64,000 nucleotides of DNA from an uncultured bacterium (lineage in GTDB: Bacteria; Methylomirabilota; Methylomirabilia; Rokubacteriales; DASRDR01), in NCBI GenBank assembly GCA_964463175.1, contig CAYXBJ010000178.1, positions 52,431-116,430 on the forward strand, given 5' to 3'. Made by a program: the position numbers and the translations under genes. Below, piece after piece: positions 36,507 through 46,377 of the stretch (the first letter of the stretch is position 1; every line of letters starts with the position of its first letter). The notes below the pieces were generated by a model. It ran no database searches, was not told where the DNA came from, and was given only the letters and a program-made list of their open reading frames with translations.

Positions 36507-37697
36507 TCAGGCCCCGCGCCGGATCGCCTCGGCCGGCGACACCCGGAGGATTCGGACGGTCGCGTACGCGCCGGCGATCGCTCCGAGCACGAGCGCGAAC
36601 CCGAGGGCGAACACCACGAGCCGGCCCGAGAACAGGAACAGGTGCTGGCCCACCTGGGCCGCGCGGGTGTCGAACGCCATCCCGCCGAGCACCGCGACGG
36701 CCGTCCCGAGCAGGCCCCCGCCAAGACTGACGGCGACGCTCTCTCCCAGGACCTCGCCGAGCAGGCGCAGGTCGGTCGCGCCGAGGGCCTGCTTGATCCC
36801 GAAGTCGCGGATCCGCTCGAAGGTCGCGGCCGCGACCGTGTTCGAGAGGGACAGCCCCCCGATGAGGAGCCCGACTCCGGTGACGCCGGCCATGAGCCAG
36901 GAAAAGAACGCCGTCGATCCGGCCAGCTGGTTCGCAATCTCGCTCGGGGCGACGACGTTGACGCCGGCCACCTCGTGGCGGATGCGCTCCGCGAGCGCGT
37001 CCGGATCGACGCCGTCCGCCCACCCCACTGCCGCCCCCGTGTTGAGATCGCTGGGCGTCAGGAGCCCGGCCGTCATGAACAGCGCGCGGAGCGTGGGATC
37101 GAGCCCGAGCCAGAGCTCGCGAGCGTCCTCGATCGGCACGAGGGCGAAGCGGTCGGGCGCGGTGAGCAGGCGCTCGCCGACGCCGACGACCTCGAAGTCG
37201 CGCTCGCCGATTCGGAGTCGGCTGCCGGCGTGCAGGCCGTGCCCCGCCGCCAGGTCGGCGCCGACGACAGCGCGGCCCCGATCGGCCACGGTCAGGCTAC
37301 GCCCTTCCGCGATGGGGAACGTCCGGTAGTTCCGGTTCGGCGACGGGATGCTCAGATCGACGCCCAGGACGAGCTCCTGGGTCACCGAGAAGATCTGGGA
37401 CGTGGCCGGGTTCAGCGGGACCATGACCTGGGGCTGGACCGCCGCGACGCCGGGAACCCGGCGGATCGCCTCGATGGTCTGCCGGCGCAAGAGGCCGCCG
37501 GACGTGAAGCCCGTCCCGGTTCCGATGCCCGCGCCGGCCACCGAGATCTGGCCCAGCACGAAGCGGTGCCCCCCGTCGATGAACCGGCTGATGCGGTCAG
37601 AGAGCGCGCCCAGAGCCACGAGCCCCGCGATCCCGACGGCGATGCCGGCGACCGCGAAGCCATAGCCTCGTGGCAGCACGCGCCACCGCCGGCGCAT
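36507..37697 (-). CDS. ABC transporter permease, FtsX/MacB/LolC-E family (4 TM with large periplasmic domain)
   Basis: N-terminal TM. MacB-PCD-like periplasmic region. C-terminal FtsX domain (...IKQALGATDLRLLGEVLGESVAVSLGGGLLG...). Confidence 0.75.
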   Translation of the reverse strand: MRRRWRVLPRGYGFAVAGIAVGIAGLVALGALSDRISRFIDGGHRFVLGQISVAGAGIGTGTGFTSGGLLRRQTIEAIRRVPGVAAVQPQVMVPLNPATSQIFSVTQELVLGVDLSIPSPNRNYRTFPIAEGRSLTVADRGRAVVGADLAAGHGLHAGSRLRIGERDFEVVGVGERLLTAPDRFALVPIEDARELWLGLDPTLRALFMTAGLLTPSDLNTGAAVGWADGVDPDALAERIRHEVAGVNVVAPSEIANQLAGSTAFFSWLMAGVTGVGLLIGGLSLSNTVAAATFERIRDFGIKQALGATDLRLLGEVLGESVAVSLGGGLLGTAVAVLGGMAFDTRAAQVGQHLFLFSGRLVVFALGFALVLGAIAGAYATVRILRVSPAEAIRRGA

Positions 37698-37722
37698 CGC
37701 GCCTCGGCCGCTCACCCGTCGG

Positions 37723-38976
37723 TCACGCGGCCGCCTTTCGACGCGCGTCGAAGGCACGGACCACCAGCGCGACGTGGGTTCCGCCCCGGGCCAGGCCGTG
37801 CACCAGCGTCGTCTCCGGCCGGCTCTCCATCGCATGCGTCACGAACCGTAGATCTCGACGGATGGGCTCGGAGAGGGGGAGCGCCGGCACGGCGGAGCCC
37901 GCCACCGCGAGCGCCGCGGCGGCCACGCGCAGGCCGCCGAGGCCGGCGTGGTCTCCCGCGAGCGGGGTGAGCGCGGTCAGGCGGGCGGGCGCCGTGCCGA
38001 GCGCGTGCGCCACCACGTCCAGCTCGCAGGCGTCGTGCGCCGGATGGCCGCTTCCCGTGAGATACGCGACCTCGACCGCATCCGACGGAACGCCGGCGGC
38101 GGCGAGGGCGCGACGGACCGTCGCCGGGTCGCGGTGTCGTGTTGCCGGAAATCCGTGGGCGGGCGCCGGGAGATTGCCCCACGCGGCCCCGGCGAGCTCG
38201 CCGTAGACCCGCGCGCCCCGGGTCAGCGCCATCTCCGCCGACTCCAGGACGACGAACGTCGCTCCCTCCCCCAGCACGGTGCCGCTCGCCTGCCGGTCGA
38301 AGGGCCGACAGCCCTCGGGACCCGGCTCCGCTCGGGACATCGTTCCGAGCCGGCTCAGCTCTCGGTAAAGGATCGGGCAGATCTCGTCGCACCCGCCGGC
38401 GAGGACCATGCTCGCCCGTCCCGCGGCGATCAACGCGGCGCCCCGGGCGACCGCCAGGTCGCCGGCCACGTCGACCGCGTTCAACGTGAGCATGGGGCCG
38501 CGCACGCCAACCGCGATCGACACCTGCGCGGCCATGGCGTTCATCACCGTGTTCGGGAAGGTGAGCGGCGAGAGGCCGAAGACCCCTCGCTGGAGAAATC
38601 CGAGCGCGAAGGCCTCCGGCGACCGGAAGTCGCCCCAGTGGGAGCCGAGGACGAGCCCGAGACCGGAGAGCTGCTCCGACTGGAGACTCGCGTCGCCCAG
38701 GGCCAAGCGGGCGGCCACGACCGCGAGCTGGCTCGCGCGCGCCAGCCGGCGCGCTTCGCTCTCCGGCAGGGACAGGACGCGATCGTCGACCTCCGCGCCC
38801 AGCCGGCTCGAGCAGTCGTCGGTCGGAAACGCCCGGATCGGCGCGACCGCGGAGCGGCCGCCGGCGAGGGCCTCGGCGACCGCGGCCCCGTTGCCGGCGC
38901 CGAACGCGCTGACGCTTCCGACGCCGGTGACGACGATGCGCGGCCGGCCGCCGCGCCGGCGCTCAGTCGCCGGCAT
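37723..38976 (-). CDS. Beta-ketoacyl synthase-like protein lacking the active-site Cys (chain-length-factor/KS-beta-like)
   Basis: Thiolase-fold KAS architecture (IVVTGVGSVSAFG..., C-terminal GGTHVALVV). The nucleophile position (canonically ACSS/ACAS) reads NAVDVAGDLA, and the His-His motifs are degenerate. Overlaps the upstream KS stop by 14 nt. Confidence 0.7.
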   Translation of the reverse strand: MPATERRRGGRPRIVVTGVGSVSAFGAGNGAAVAEALAGGRSAVAPIRAFPTDDCSSRLGAEVDDRVLSLPESEARRLARASQLAVVAARLALGDASLQSEQLSGLGLVLGSHWGDFRSPEAFALGFLQRGVFGLSPLTFPNTVMNAMAAQVSIAVGVRGPMLTLNAVDVAGDLAVARGAALIAAGRASMVLAGGCDEICPILYRELSRLGTMSRAEPGPEGCRPFDRQASGTVLGEGATFVVLESAEMALTRGARVYGELAGAAWGNLPAPAHGFPATRHRDPATVRRALAAAGVPSDAVEVAYLTGSGHPAHDACELDVVAHALGTAPARLTALTPLAGDHAGLGGLRVAAAALAVAGSAVPALPLSEPIRRDLRFVTHAMESRPETTLVHGLARGGTHVALVVRAFDARRKAAA

Positions 38977-40183
38977 CGAGGCGGCGCGGCGCGGCCACGC
39001 GCCGGAGCAGAAGGCTCAAGTTCTGACCGCCGAACCCGAAGGAGTTCGACAAGGCGTACTCGATCGAGGCCCGGCGGGCGACGTTCGGCACGCAGTCGAA
39101 CGCGACCTCGGGGTCCGGCTCCGCGAGATTGGCGGTGGGCGGAACGAGACCGTGGACGAGCGTCAGCACCGTCGCGATCGCCTCCAGCGCGCCGGCCGCC
39201 GCCATCGCGTGTCCGACCAGCGACTTGTTGGCGCTCACCAGCACCGCGTCCGGGTCGAACAGCTTGCGGAGCGCGGCGGCCTCGGTGCGATCGTTCTGGG
39301 GCGTGCCGGTCCCGTGCGCGTTGACGTATCCCACGGCGCTCGCCGGGACCCCGGCGCGGTCCAGGGCCTCCGCCATCGCCCGAACGCTCCCCTCGCCGTC
39401 GGGATGGGGCGAGGTCAGGTGGTACGCGTCGGTGCTCAGCCCGTAGCTGGAAAGCTCCGCGTAGCCGCGGGCGCCGCGCGCGCGCGCGTGGGCCTCGTCT
39501 TCCAGCACGACGAACCCGGCGCCCTCGCCGAGCGACATGCCCCGGCGATCCCGGGCGAACGGCCGGCACGGGTCGGGGTCGAGGAGCTTGAGGGCGTTGA
39601 AGCCCATGAAGCAGATGCGGGTCATCGCGTCCACGCCGCCCGCGAGCGCCACCGGCACCTCGCCGGCGGCGATCAGCTCCGCGGCCAGCCCGAGCGCCGC
39701 CCCGCCCGAGCTGCAGGCGAGGACCACGGTCTCCTTGGGGCCGGTCGTGCCGTAGCGGCGCGCGACGACGTCGGCATGGCTGAAGGGCAGGATCGTTCGG
39801 AGGGCGGTCCGGAGCTGCGGGTCGTCGGTCCCCTCGCGCTCGCGGTGCCAGAACCAGTCCTCGGCCTCCAGCATGCCGCCTCCGATGCCGCCGACCACCA
39901 CGGCCGCGGGGCGGAGCTCGCGGCGCGACAGGCCGGAGTCGCGGACGGCCTCGTCCACCGCGGCCACCGCGAAGCGGTCGGCTCGAGCCCGACGCGGCGA
40001 CACGCGGGACAGGACGGTGGCGGCGGGAACCTCGGCGCCGATCCGGGCGCGGAATCCCGTGGTGTCGAAGAGGCCGATGGGGCCGATCGTGCACCGCCCC
40101 GCGGTGAGACCATCCCAGAAGGCGTCCCGACCCGCGCCGTACGCGCTGACGACCCCCAGGCCCGTGACCAGAACCCGCTTCAC
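38963..40183 (-). CDS. Beta-ketoacyl-ACP synthase (KAS II / FabF-like), catalytically intact
   Basis: VLACSSG (Cys), NAHGTGT (His), KSLVGHAMAAAG (His), GFGGQN C-terminus. Confidence 0.85.
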   Translation of the reverse strand: MKRVLVTGLGVVSAYGAGRDAFWDGLTAGRCTIGPIGLFDTTGFRARIGAEVPAATVLSRVSPRRARADRFAVAAVDEAVRDSGLSRRELRPAAVVVGGIGGGMLEAEDWFWHREREGTDDPQLRTALRTILPFSHADVVARRYGTTGPKETVVLACSSGGAALGLAAELIAAGEVPVALAGGVDAMTRICFMGFNALKLLDPDPCRPFARDRRGMSLGEGAGFVVLEDEAHARARGARGYAELSSYGLSTDAYHLTSPHPDGEGSVRAMAEALDRAGVPASAVGYVNAHGTGTPQNDRTEAAALRKLFDPDAVLVSANKSLVGHAMAAAGALEAIATVLTLVHGLVPPTANLAEPDPEVAFDCVPNVARRASIEYALSNSFGFGGQNLSLLLRRVAAPRRLDAGD

Positions 40184-40190
40184 CTGGTGG

Positions 40191-40466
40191 TCACGCCCCC
40201 GGGGCCCGCGCGGCGACGAAGCGCACCAGGGCGCCGAACGTCCCGAAATGCGTCGCCACGTCCTCCCCTTCCTGGATCACGATGCCGAACCGCTCCTCCA
40301 GCGCGATCGACAGCTCGATGAAGTCGAGCGAGTCGAGCCCGAGCGTGCCCTCGATGCCCTTGGGGAGCGGCGTCTCGGAGGTCAGCGCGGACAGACGCGC
40401 CGGGTCGAACCGGAGTCGCTTGACGATGATGTCGCGCAACTCCCCGATGATCGCTCGCTCGTCCAT
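40191..40466 (-). CDS. Acyl carrier protein
   Basis: LGLDSLDFIELSIALEERFG (DSL phosphopantetheine site); 91 aa. Confidence 0.8.
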   Translation of the reverse strand: MDERAIIGELRDIIVKRLRFDPARLSALTSETPLPKGIEGTLGLDSLDFIELSIALEERFGIVIQEGEDVATHFGTFGALVRFVAARAPGA

Positions 40467-40484
40467 CCGTCCTCCCGTCCCTGC

Positions 40485-41444
40485 CTACCGGCCCCAGAGG
40501 ACCGCCCCGTACTCGCTTCGCCACGTGGCGGTCAAGAGCCACGGCTCCGGCGTCCCCTCGCGTCGCGTCCGGGCCAGCGCGAGGAGCGGACCCATCGCCA
40601 GCGCTTCGCCCAGCCGGGGCACCGCCGGGGGTGCGCCGATCTCCTGGAGCATCCGCGCCTCGGCGGCTCCCCGGCCGGCGCCGGCCGCGCCGCTCCACAC
40701 GAGGCGCGGTGCCTGGCCGTCGAGCGCCTGCCCGAGCACCGCGGCGACCGCACGCCGCGCCCCCGACGGCCCGGCGAGCGCGGACGCCCAGCGGAGACGG
40801 CCCGCCCCGCCCGCGTCCAGCAGAAGGCATGCGGCCCCCTCGATGAGCGGGCCGGCGTACAGCCGGCGAGCGCGGCGGAACAGGTCCCAGACCTCGTGGA
40901 ACGCCTCGACGGCGAGCACGAGCACCCGGTCCGCGCGCCCCTCGGCCAGCCAGCGCGCGGCCCACCAGAGGGCCTGCAGCGTCGCCGGAGCGCCACCCAT
41001 GAGGTTCACGTAGGCGCCACGGATCCCGAGCTCGATCGTCACCTCCCCCGGCACCGCGCTGGGTGAGGTGTACGGGAAGTGAAGCGTCGTCGAGGTCTCG
41101 TCCTCGAGGAACGCCCGGTTGGCGGCCGCGTAGCCCGTCGCGCTCACATACAGGATACCCGTTCGCGGCCCGGCCAGGTCGTCCTCGGCCAGACCGGCGT
41201 CGGCGACGGCCGCCTTGGCGGCGGCGACCGCGAACAGGCACTCGCGGGTCGCGCGGCGGAATCGATCGCCGTCCAGGACCGGCGTCGGCGCGGTCACGAG
41301 GCCACGACCGTGCTCGCCGGGTCGCGTCGACGCATCGGGGAGCCCGGGAATCCCGTCGCCCCAGCCTGTCACCACTCCGATCCCGAGGATCCGGGGCGTG
41401 GGCGGAGTCGCGAGCTCCGGTGGCGCCAGTGCGGCCGCCCTCAC
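40485..41444 (-). CDS. KS N-terminal-domain-like protein without catalytic Cys (degenerate ketosynthase half)
   Basis: ILGIGVVTGWG start. The region aligned to the KS nucleophile reads GAYVNLMGGAPATLQALWWAARWL (no Cys), then ADRVLVLAVE. Lacks the C-terminal His-His half. Overlaps the upstream KS gene (ATGA). Confidence 0.5.
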   Translation of the reverse strand: MRAAALAPPELATPPTPRILGIGVVTGWGDGIPGLPDASTRPGEHGRGLVTAPTPVLDGDRFRRATRECLFAVAAAKAAVADAGLAEDDLAGPRTGILYVSATGYAAANRAFLEDETSTTLHFPYTSPSAVPGEVTIELGIRGAYVNLMGGAPATLQALWWAARWLAEGRADRVLVLAVEAFHEVWDLFRRARRLYAGPLIEGAACLLLDAGGAGRLRWASALAGPSGARRAVAAVLGQALDGQAPRLVWSGAAGAGRGAAEARMLQEIGAPPAVPRLGEALAMGPLLALARTRREGTPEPWLLTATWRSEYGAVLWGR

Positions 41445-42685
41445 GGCGTCTCGTCCCCCACCGCCAGCACCAGACTAGCGTTGCAGCCGCCGAAGCCCAG
41501 CGACGTCGACAAGCTCACGCGCGGGCGCCAGGCGCGCGCCGTATTCGGCACGCAGTCCAGGTCGCAGGCGGGATCCGCCTCGCCATAGTTCAGCGTGGGC
41601 GGCACCTGGCCGTGACGGCCCGCGAGCAGACACATGATGGCCTCGAGCGTCGCCGCCGCGCCCATGGTGTGGCCAAGGTGCGCCTTGATGGAGTTCACCG
41701 GGATCTCGTATGCGCGCCGGCCGAGGACGCGCTTGAGCACCTCGGTCTCCAGGCGGTCGTTCGCCGGCGTCCCGGTTCCGTGCGCGCTCACCATCTCCAG
41801 CGCGTCCGGCTCGAGCCCCGCCTCCGCAAGCGCCGCGCGCACGGACAGCTCGAGCCCCCGGCCTTCCGGATCCGGGGCCGTGATGTGGGCGCCGTCCGCC
41901 GTGCTCGCGTGGCCGAGAAGGTGTCCGATCGGGGCGCGCCCGCGGCGAGCCGCCGCGTCGACGCGCTCCAGCACCACCAGGCCCGCTCCCTCGCCCAGGA
42001 GGAGACCGTTGCGCCGCCGATCGAACGGGCGGACGGGGTCCCGCGTCAACGAGCGCAGCGCGTTGAAGCCGCGCTGGACGAAGCGGCAGAGCGCATCCGC
42101 CCCGCCGGCGAGCACGACGTCGGCCTGCCCCGCCCGCAGGAGATCGGCGGCGAGTCCCAGGCTCGTGGCGCCCGACGCGCACGCGGTGGTCACGGTCAGG
42201 ACCGGCCCCCGGGCCCCCAACCAGCGCGCCAGGTTCCGCGTCGGTCCGTCGTACGCGGAGCTGCTCAAGGCGGCCAGCGGGGCCGTTGCCGCGAGGGCAC
42301 GACTCGCCTCGTCGATCCCGCCCAGCGCGGTGCCGATCACCACGCCGATCCGGGCGCCCTCGGGCAGCGCGTCTCTCAGCCCCGCCGTCTCGAGAGCCTC
42401 GCGGGCCGCGTGAACGAGGAATCGCGTGGTCCGGCAGTACGGGTTGCGTCGGGAGGGCCCGGCGCCACCCGGTGGCGGCGCCGAGACCTCGCGCCGCAGC
42501 TTCTTGATCTCGCCCCCTCGCGTGACGCGGAGGTCGTCCACCCGAAAGCCTTCGATCTCGCTGATGCCGGAGGCGCCCGTCACCAGCCCGGCCCAGAACG
42601 CGTCGAGGTCCTGCCCGATCGCGGTCACCACGCCGGCGCCCGTGATCGCGACGGGAGACACGCGGGGCGCGAGGGCCCGCGTCAC
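41441..42685 (-). CDS. Beta-ketoacyl-ACP synthase (KAS I/II-like), catalytically intact
   Basis: VTTACASG (Cys), SAHGTGT (His), KAHLGHTMGAAA (His), GFGGCN. Confidence 0.85.
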   Translation of the reverse strand: MTRALAPRVSPVAITGAGVVTAIGQDLDAFWAGLVTGASGISEIEGFRVDDLRVTRGGEIKKLRREVSAPPPGGAGPSRRNPYCRTTRFLVHAAREALETAGLRDALPEGARIGVVIGTALGGIDEASRALAATAPLAALSSSAYDGPTRNLARWLGARGPVLTVTTACASGATSLGLAADLLRAGQADVVLAGGADALCRFVQRGFNALRSLTRDPVRPFDRRRNGLLLGEGAGLVVLERVDAAARRGRAPIGHLLGHASTADGAHITAPDPEGRGLELSVRAALAEAGLEPDALEMVSAHGTGTPANDRLETEVLKRVLGRRAYEIPVNSIKAHLGHTMGAAATLEAIMCLLAGRHGQVPPTLNYGEADPACDLDCVPNTARAWRPRVSLSTSLGFGGCNASLVLAVGDETP

Positions 42686-43039
42686 GCGAGGGGCCCCCGG
42701 TCATCGTGGGTGCTGAGCGGCCGATCGATCCCCGCGGGAACCGGACGGCCCGCCGACGCGACAGTCACGCCCACGGGACGCTCCCGATCGACGGAGGGCG
42801 GAGTCAGCGCGCGCGCCGGCAGCGCGAGCACGCGTCGGAGCGGCGAGAGAGGTCGAGCGGGAAAACCCCGACAGCGCCCGGGGCGCCGGCCGTGAGGGGC
42901 CCAACCCACGAGGCTGGATGGGATCCGCCGCGCCCACCCCCGCGGCATACGTACCTCATAGGCCGCTCATTGTGGGCATCGGCCATGGCGTTCGTCAACA
43001 ACCGCGACGGAGGCAGCCGGGCCCGGCGGAGCGTCCCGC

Positions 43040-44011
43040 TCAGCGATTCAGGGGCCGGCGGAGGAAGCCGAAAAGACCCTGGGGCAGGAAGATGACCATG
43101 AGGATGAACAGAACCCCCACCGGAATGAGGTAGTACTCCGTGAAGTAGCGGGACACGCCCTCCCGGAGCAGCAGGAAGAAGGCCGCCCCCGCGAACGGCC
43201 CGACCAGGGTTCCGATGCCTCCCATGACGTTGAAGATGACCACTTCCCCCGAGACCACGAAGAACACGAAGTCCGGCGCGGCGAACTTGTTCTGGAGCGC
43301 GTACAGCACGCCGGCCAGGCCGGCGACGAGCCCCGACAGCATCACCGCCACCATCTTGTACCGCTCCACGTGATACCCGATCGCCCGGGTGCGCGGCTCG
43401 TTCTCCCGGATCGACTGGAGCACCATCCCGAACGGCGATCGGGTCACGCGGCGGACGGCGAGGTACGAGAGCGTCACCACCGCCAGCACGAACCAGTGGA
43501 ACGTCGACAGCGTGAAGCGCCAGTCCCCCAGGCCGGGTATCGAGAAGGGCGGCTGTCTGAAGGTCAGGCCGTTCTCCCCGCCGGTCACCTTCGTCCAGGT
43601 GAAGATGACGACGTAGAAGATCTGGGAGAACACGAGGGTGGAGATCGCGAAGTAGATGTCGCGCAATCGCGTCGCGAAGAAGGCGACGAAGACGGCGACC
43701 GCGCCCGCCCCGACGAGACCGTAGAGCCCCGCCAGCCAGAGGCTCGGCGGCTTGACCGTGAGGAGGGCGGCGGCCGCCCCGTACATGCCGAGCCCGAAGA
43801 AGGCCGAATGGCCGAACGACACCATCCCGGCGTACCCGATGAGGATGTCCGAGGACATCGCGAGCAACCCCCAGATCAGGATCTCGGTAACGAAGCGCTG
43901 CCAGAACGGCGGCAGGACCAGCGGCGTCGCGGCGAGCGCGGCCAGCACGGCCCCGAAGCCGATCCAGTAGCCCATCGCGCCCCGATCCGATCGCGCGGTG
44001 CCCGCCGTCAT
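43040..44011 (-). CDS. Branched-chain amino acid (HAAT-family) ABC permease, LivM-like
   Basis: ATG overlaps the upstream stop (ATGA). Ten TM segments, ...SFGHSAFFGLGMY...; 323 aa. Confidence 0.8.
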   Translation of the reverse strand: MTAGTARSDRGAMGYWIGFGAVLAALAATPLVLPPFWQRFVTEILIWGLLAMSSDILIGYAGMVSFGHSAFFGLGMYGAAAALLTVKPPSLWLAGLYGLVGAGAVAVFVAFFATRLRDIYFAISTLVFSQIFYVVIFTWTKVTGGENGLTFRQPPFSIPGLGDWRFTLSTFHWFVLAVVTLSYLAVRRVTRSPFGMVLQSIRENEPRTRAIGYHVERYKMVAVMLSGLVAGLAGVLYALQNKFAAPDFVFFVVSGEVVIFNVMGGIGTLVGPFAGAAFFLLLREGVSRYFTEYYLIPVGVLFILMVIFLPQGLFGFLRRPLNR

Positions 44012-44868
44012 TTCGGGGTCGGCACGAACAGCCCGGTCGGCCGGACGAGCATGGTGAGGACCAGCACGACGAAGGACACGATCACCGCCTGCGCCGGACT
44101 GACCACGATCGCCGCGTAGGCCTCGACCAGGCTGATGAAGATCGCGGCCAGGATCGACCCGCCGAGGTTGCCCATGCCCCCGACCACGACCACGATGAAG
44201 GCGCGGAGCGTGAAGTCGAGGCCCATGGTCTGGGTGACCCCGCCGAGCGGCCCGAACAGAACCCCGCTCGCGGCGGCCATCGCCGCGCCGATCGCGAAGA
44301 CCCCGGTGTGCACTAGGGGCACCGGGATGCCCATCGCCGAGGCCATCACCCGGTCCTGGGTGGTGGCCCGGATCCAGATGCCGAATCGGCCGTGCTTCAG
44401 GAAGAGCCACAGGGCGAGGATGATCGCGCCGGACAGCCCCGCGGTCAGGATCCGGTACCACGGGTACTCGAGGTAGAAGAGCGTGAACCGGCCCGTCACC
44501 GGCTCCTGGATCTGCCGCGCCGAGGGACCCCACTGCCAGATCGCATACTTCTGGAGGACGAGCGACACGCCGAAGGTCGCGAGGATCGTCGTCAGGGGAT
44601 CGCGGCCGAGCAAGGGTCGCAGCGTCGTCGCCTGCAGGAGGGCGCCGAAGACGCCGATGATCAGCGCGGCCACCACCAGGGCGAGCCAGAAGCTGCCCGT
44701 CGCCGCGATGGTCGCGGCGCCGACGAAGCCTCCGAGCATCACGAGGTCCCCGTGAGCGAAGTTGACGACGTCCATGATCCCGAAGATGAGCGTCAGCCCC
44801 GACGCCACGAGGGCCAGGATCATTCCGTTCACGAGCCCGTTGACGGTCTGGATAAGGATCTGGTCCAC
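44008..44868 (-). CDS. HAAT-family ABC permease, LivH-like
   Basis: MDQILIQTVNGLVNGMILALVASGLTLIFGIMDVVNFAHGD... typical LivH N-terminus. Confidence 0.85.
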   Translation of the reverse strand: MDQILIQTVNGLVNGMILALVASGLTLIFGIMDVVNFAHGDLVMLGGFVGAATIAATGSFWLALVVAALIIGVFGALLQATTLRPLLGRDPLTTILATFGVSLVLQKYAIWQWGPSARQIQEPVTGRFTLFYLEYPWYRILTAGLSGAIILALWLFLKHGRFGIWIRATTQDRVMASAMGIPVPLVHTGVFAIGAAMAAASGVLFGPLGGVTQTMGLDFTLRAFIVVVVGGMGNLGGSILAAIFISLVEAYAAIVVSPAQAVIVSFVVLVLTMLVRPTGLFVPTPK

Positions 44869-44872
44869 GGAG

Positions 44873-45579
<707 letters not shown>

Positions 45580-45580
<1 letters not shown>

Positions 45581-46368
45581 CAGGTCTTGAGGTAGACCTC
45601 CTGGACGCGGGCGTTCGCCTGGATCTCGGCGGGCGTGCCCTCGGCCAGGACCTCCCCGTAGTGCAGCACGGTGATCGTGCGGGCGAGCCCCATCACGACC
45701 TCCATGTCGTGCTCGACAATGAGGATAGTGTAGTCCGCGGCGATCCGGCGGACGAGCTCCACCGTGGCCCGCGTCTCGACGGCGCTCATGCCGGCAGTCG
45801 GCTCGTCCAGGCACAGGACTCGCGGCTCGGTGGCGAGCGCGATGCCGATCTCGAGGTTGCGCTGCTCGCCGTGCGACAGGTTGGCTGCCTGCTCCTCCGC
45901 CTTCTCCTCGAGGCCGACCTCCGCCAGCACGCGCCGCGCGCGCTCCACGATGTCGGGATACGCCAGATGGTGTCGCCAGAGATTCCAGGCGTGCCGGCGG
46001 GACTGGACGGCGATGCGCACGTTCTCCAGCACGCTGGCGCCCGGGAGGATGTTGGTGATCTGGTAGCTCCGCGCGATCCCCTTGTGGGAGATCGCGTGGG
46101 GCGGGAGCCCCGTGACGTCGTCCCCGTCCAGGACGATGCGGCCGGCGGTGGGACGCAGTACCCCCGTCAGGCAGTTGAAGAGCGTGGACTTACCCGCGCC
46201 GTTGGGGCCGATGACGGCGCGGACCTCGCCGGGCACCACGGCGATCGAGACCTGGTTCAGGGCGGTCAGCCCGCCGAACTGCACGCTCAGCCCTTCGGTC
46301 CGGAGGATCGGCGGAGCGGCTCCCGGCTGGGGTCGGGACACCGCTCCGCCGGCGCGCGCGTCGGTCAC
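45580..46368 (-). CDS. HAAT-family ABC ATPase, LivG-like
   Basis: GPNGAGKSTLFN, LSHGEQRNLEIGIAL, LCLDEPTAGM. Confidence 0.85.
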
Positions 46369-46377
46369 GAGGCCGTG

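Noticed and set aside
35804-36937. 377-aa 'ABC protein' as drawn in the track
   Set aside because: The first ~145 codons are an out-of-frame read-through of the upstream FtsX permease gene and are Ser/Arg/Pro-rich. The real ATPase starts at the GTG just after the permease stop (36502).
42686-43039. Searched the 354-bp leader of the KS operon for a second sigma-54 or other recognisable promoter
   Set aside because: No TGGCAC-N5-TTGC match on either strand and no convincing -35/-10 pair was found, so no promoter feature is called there.
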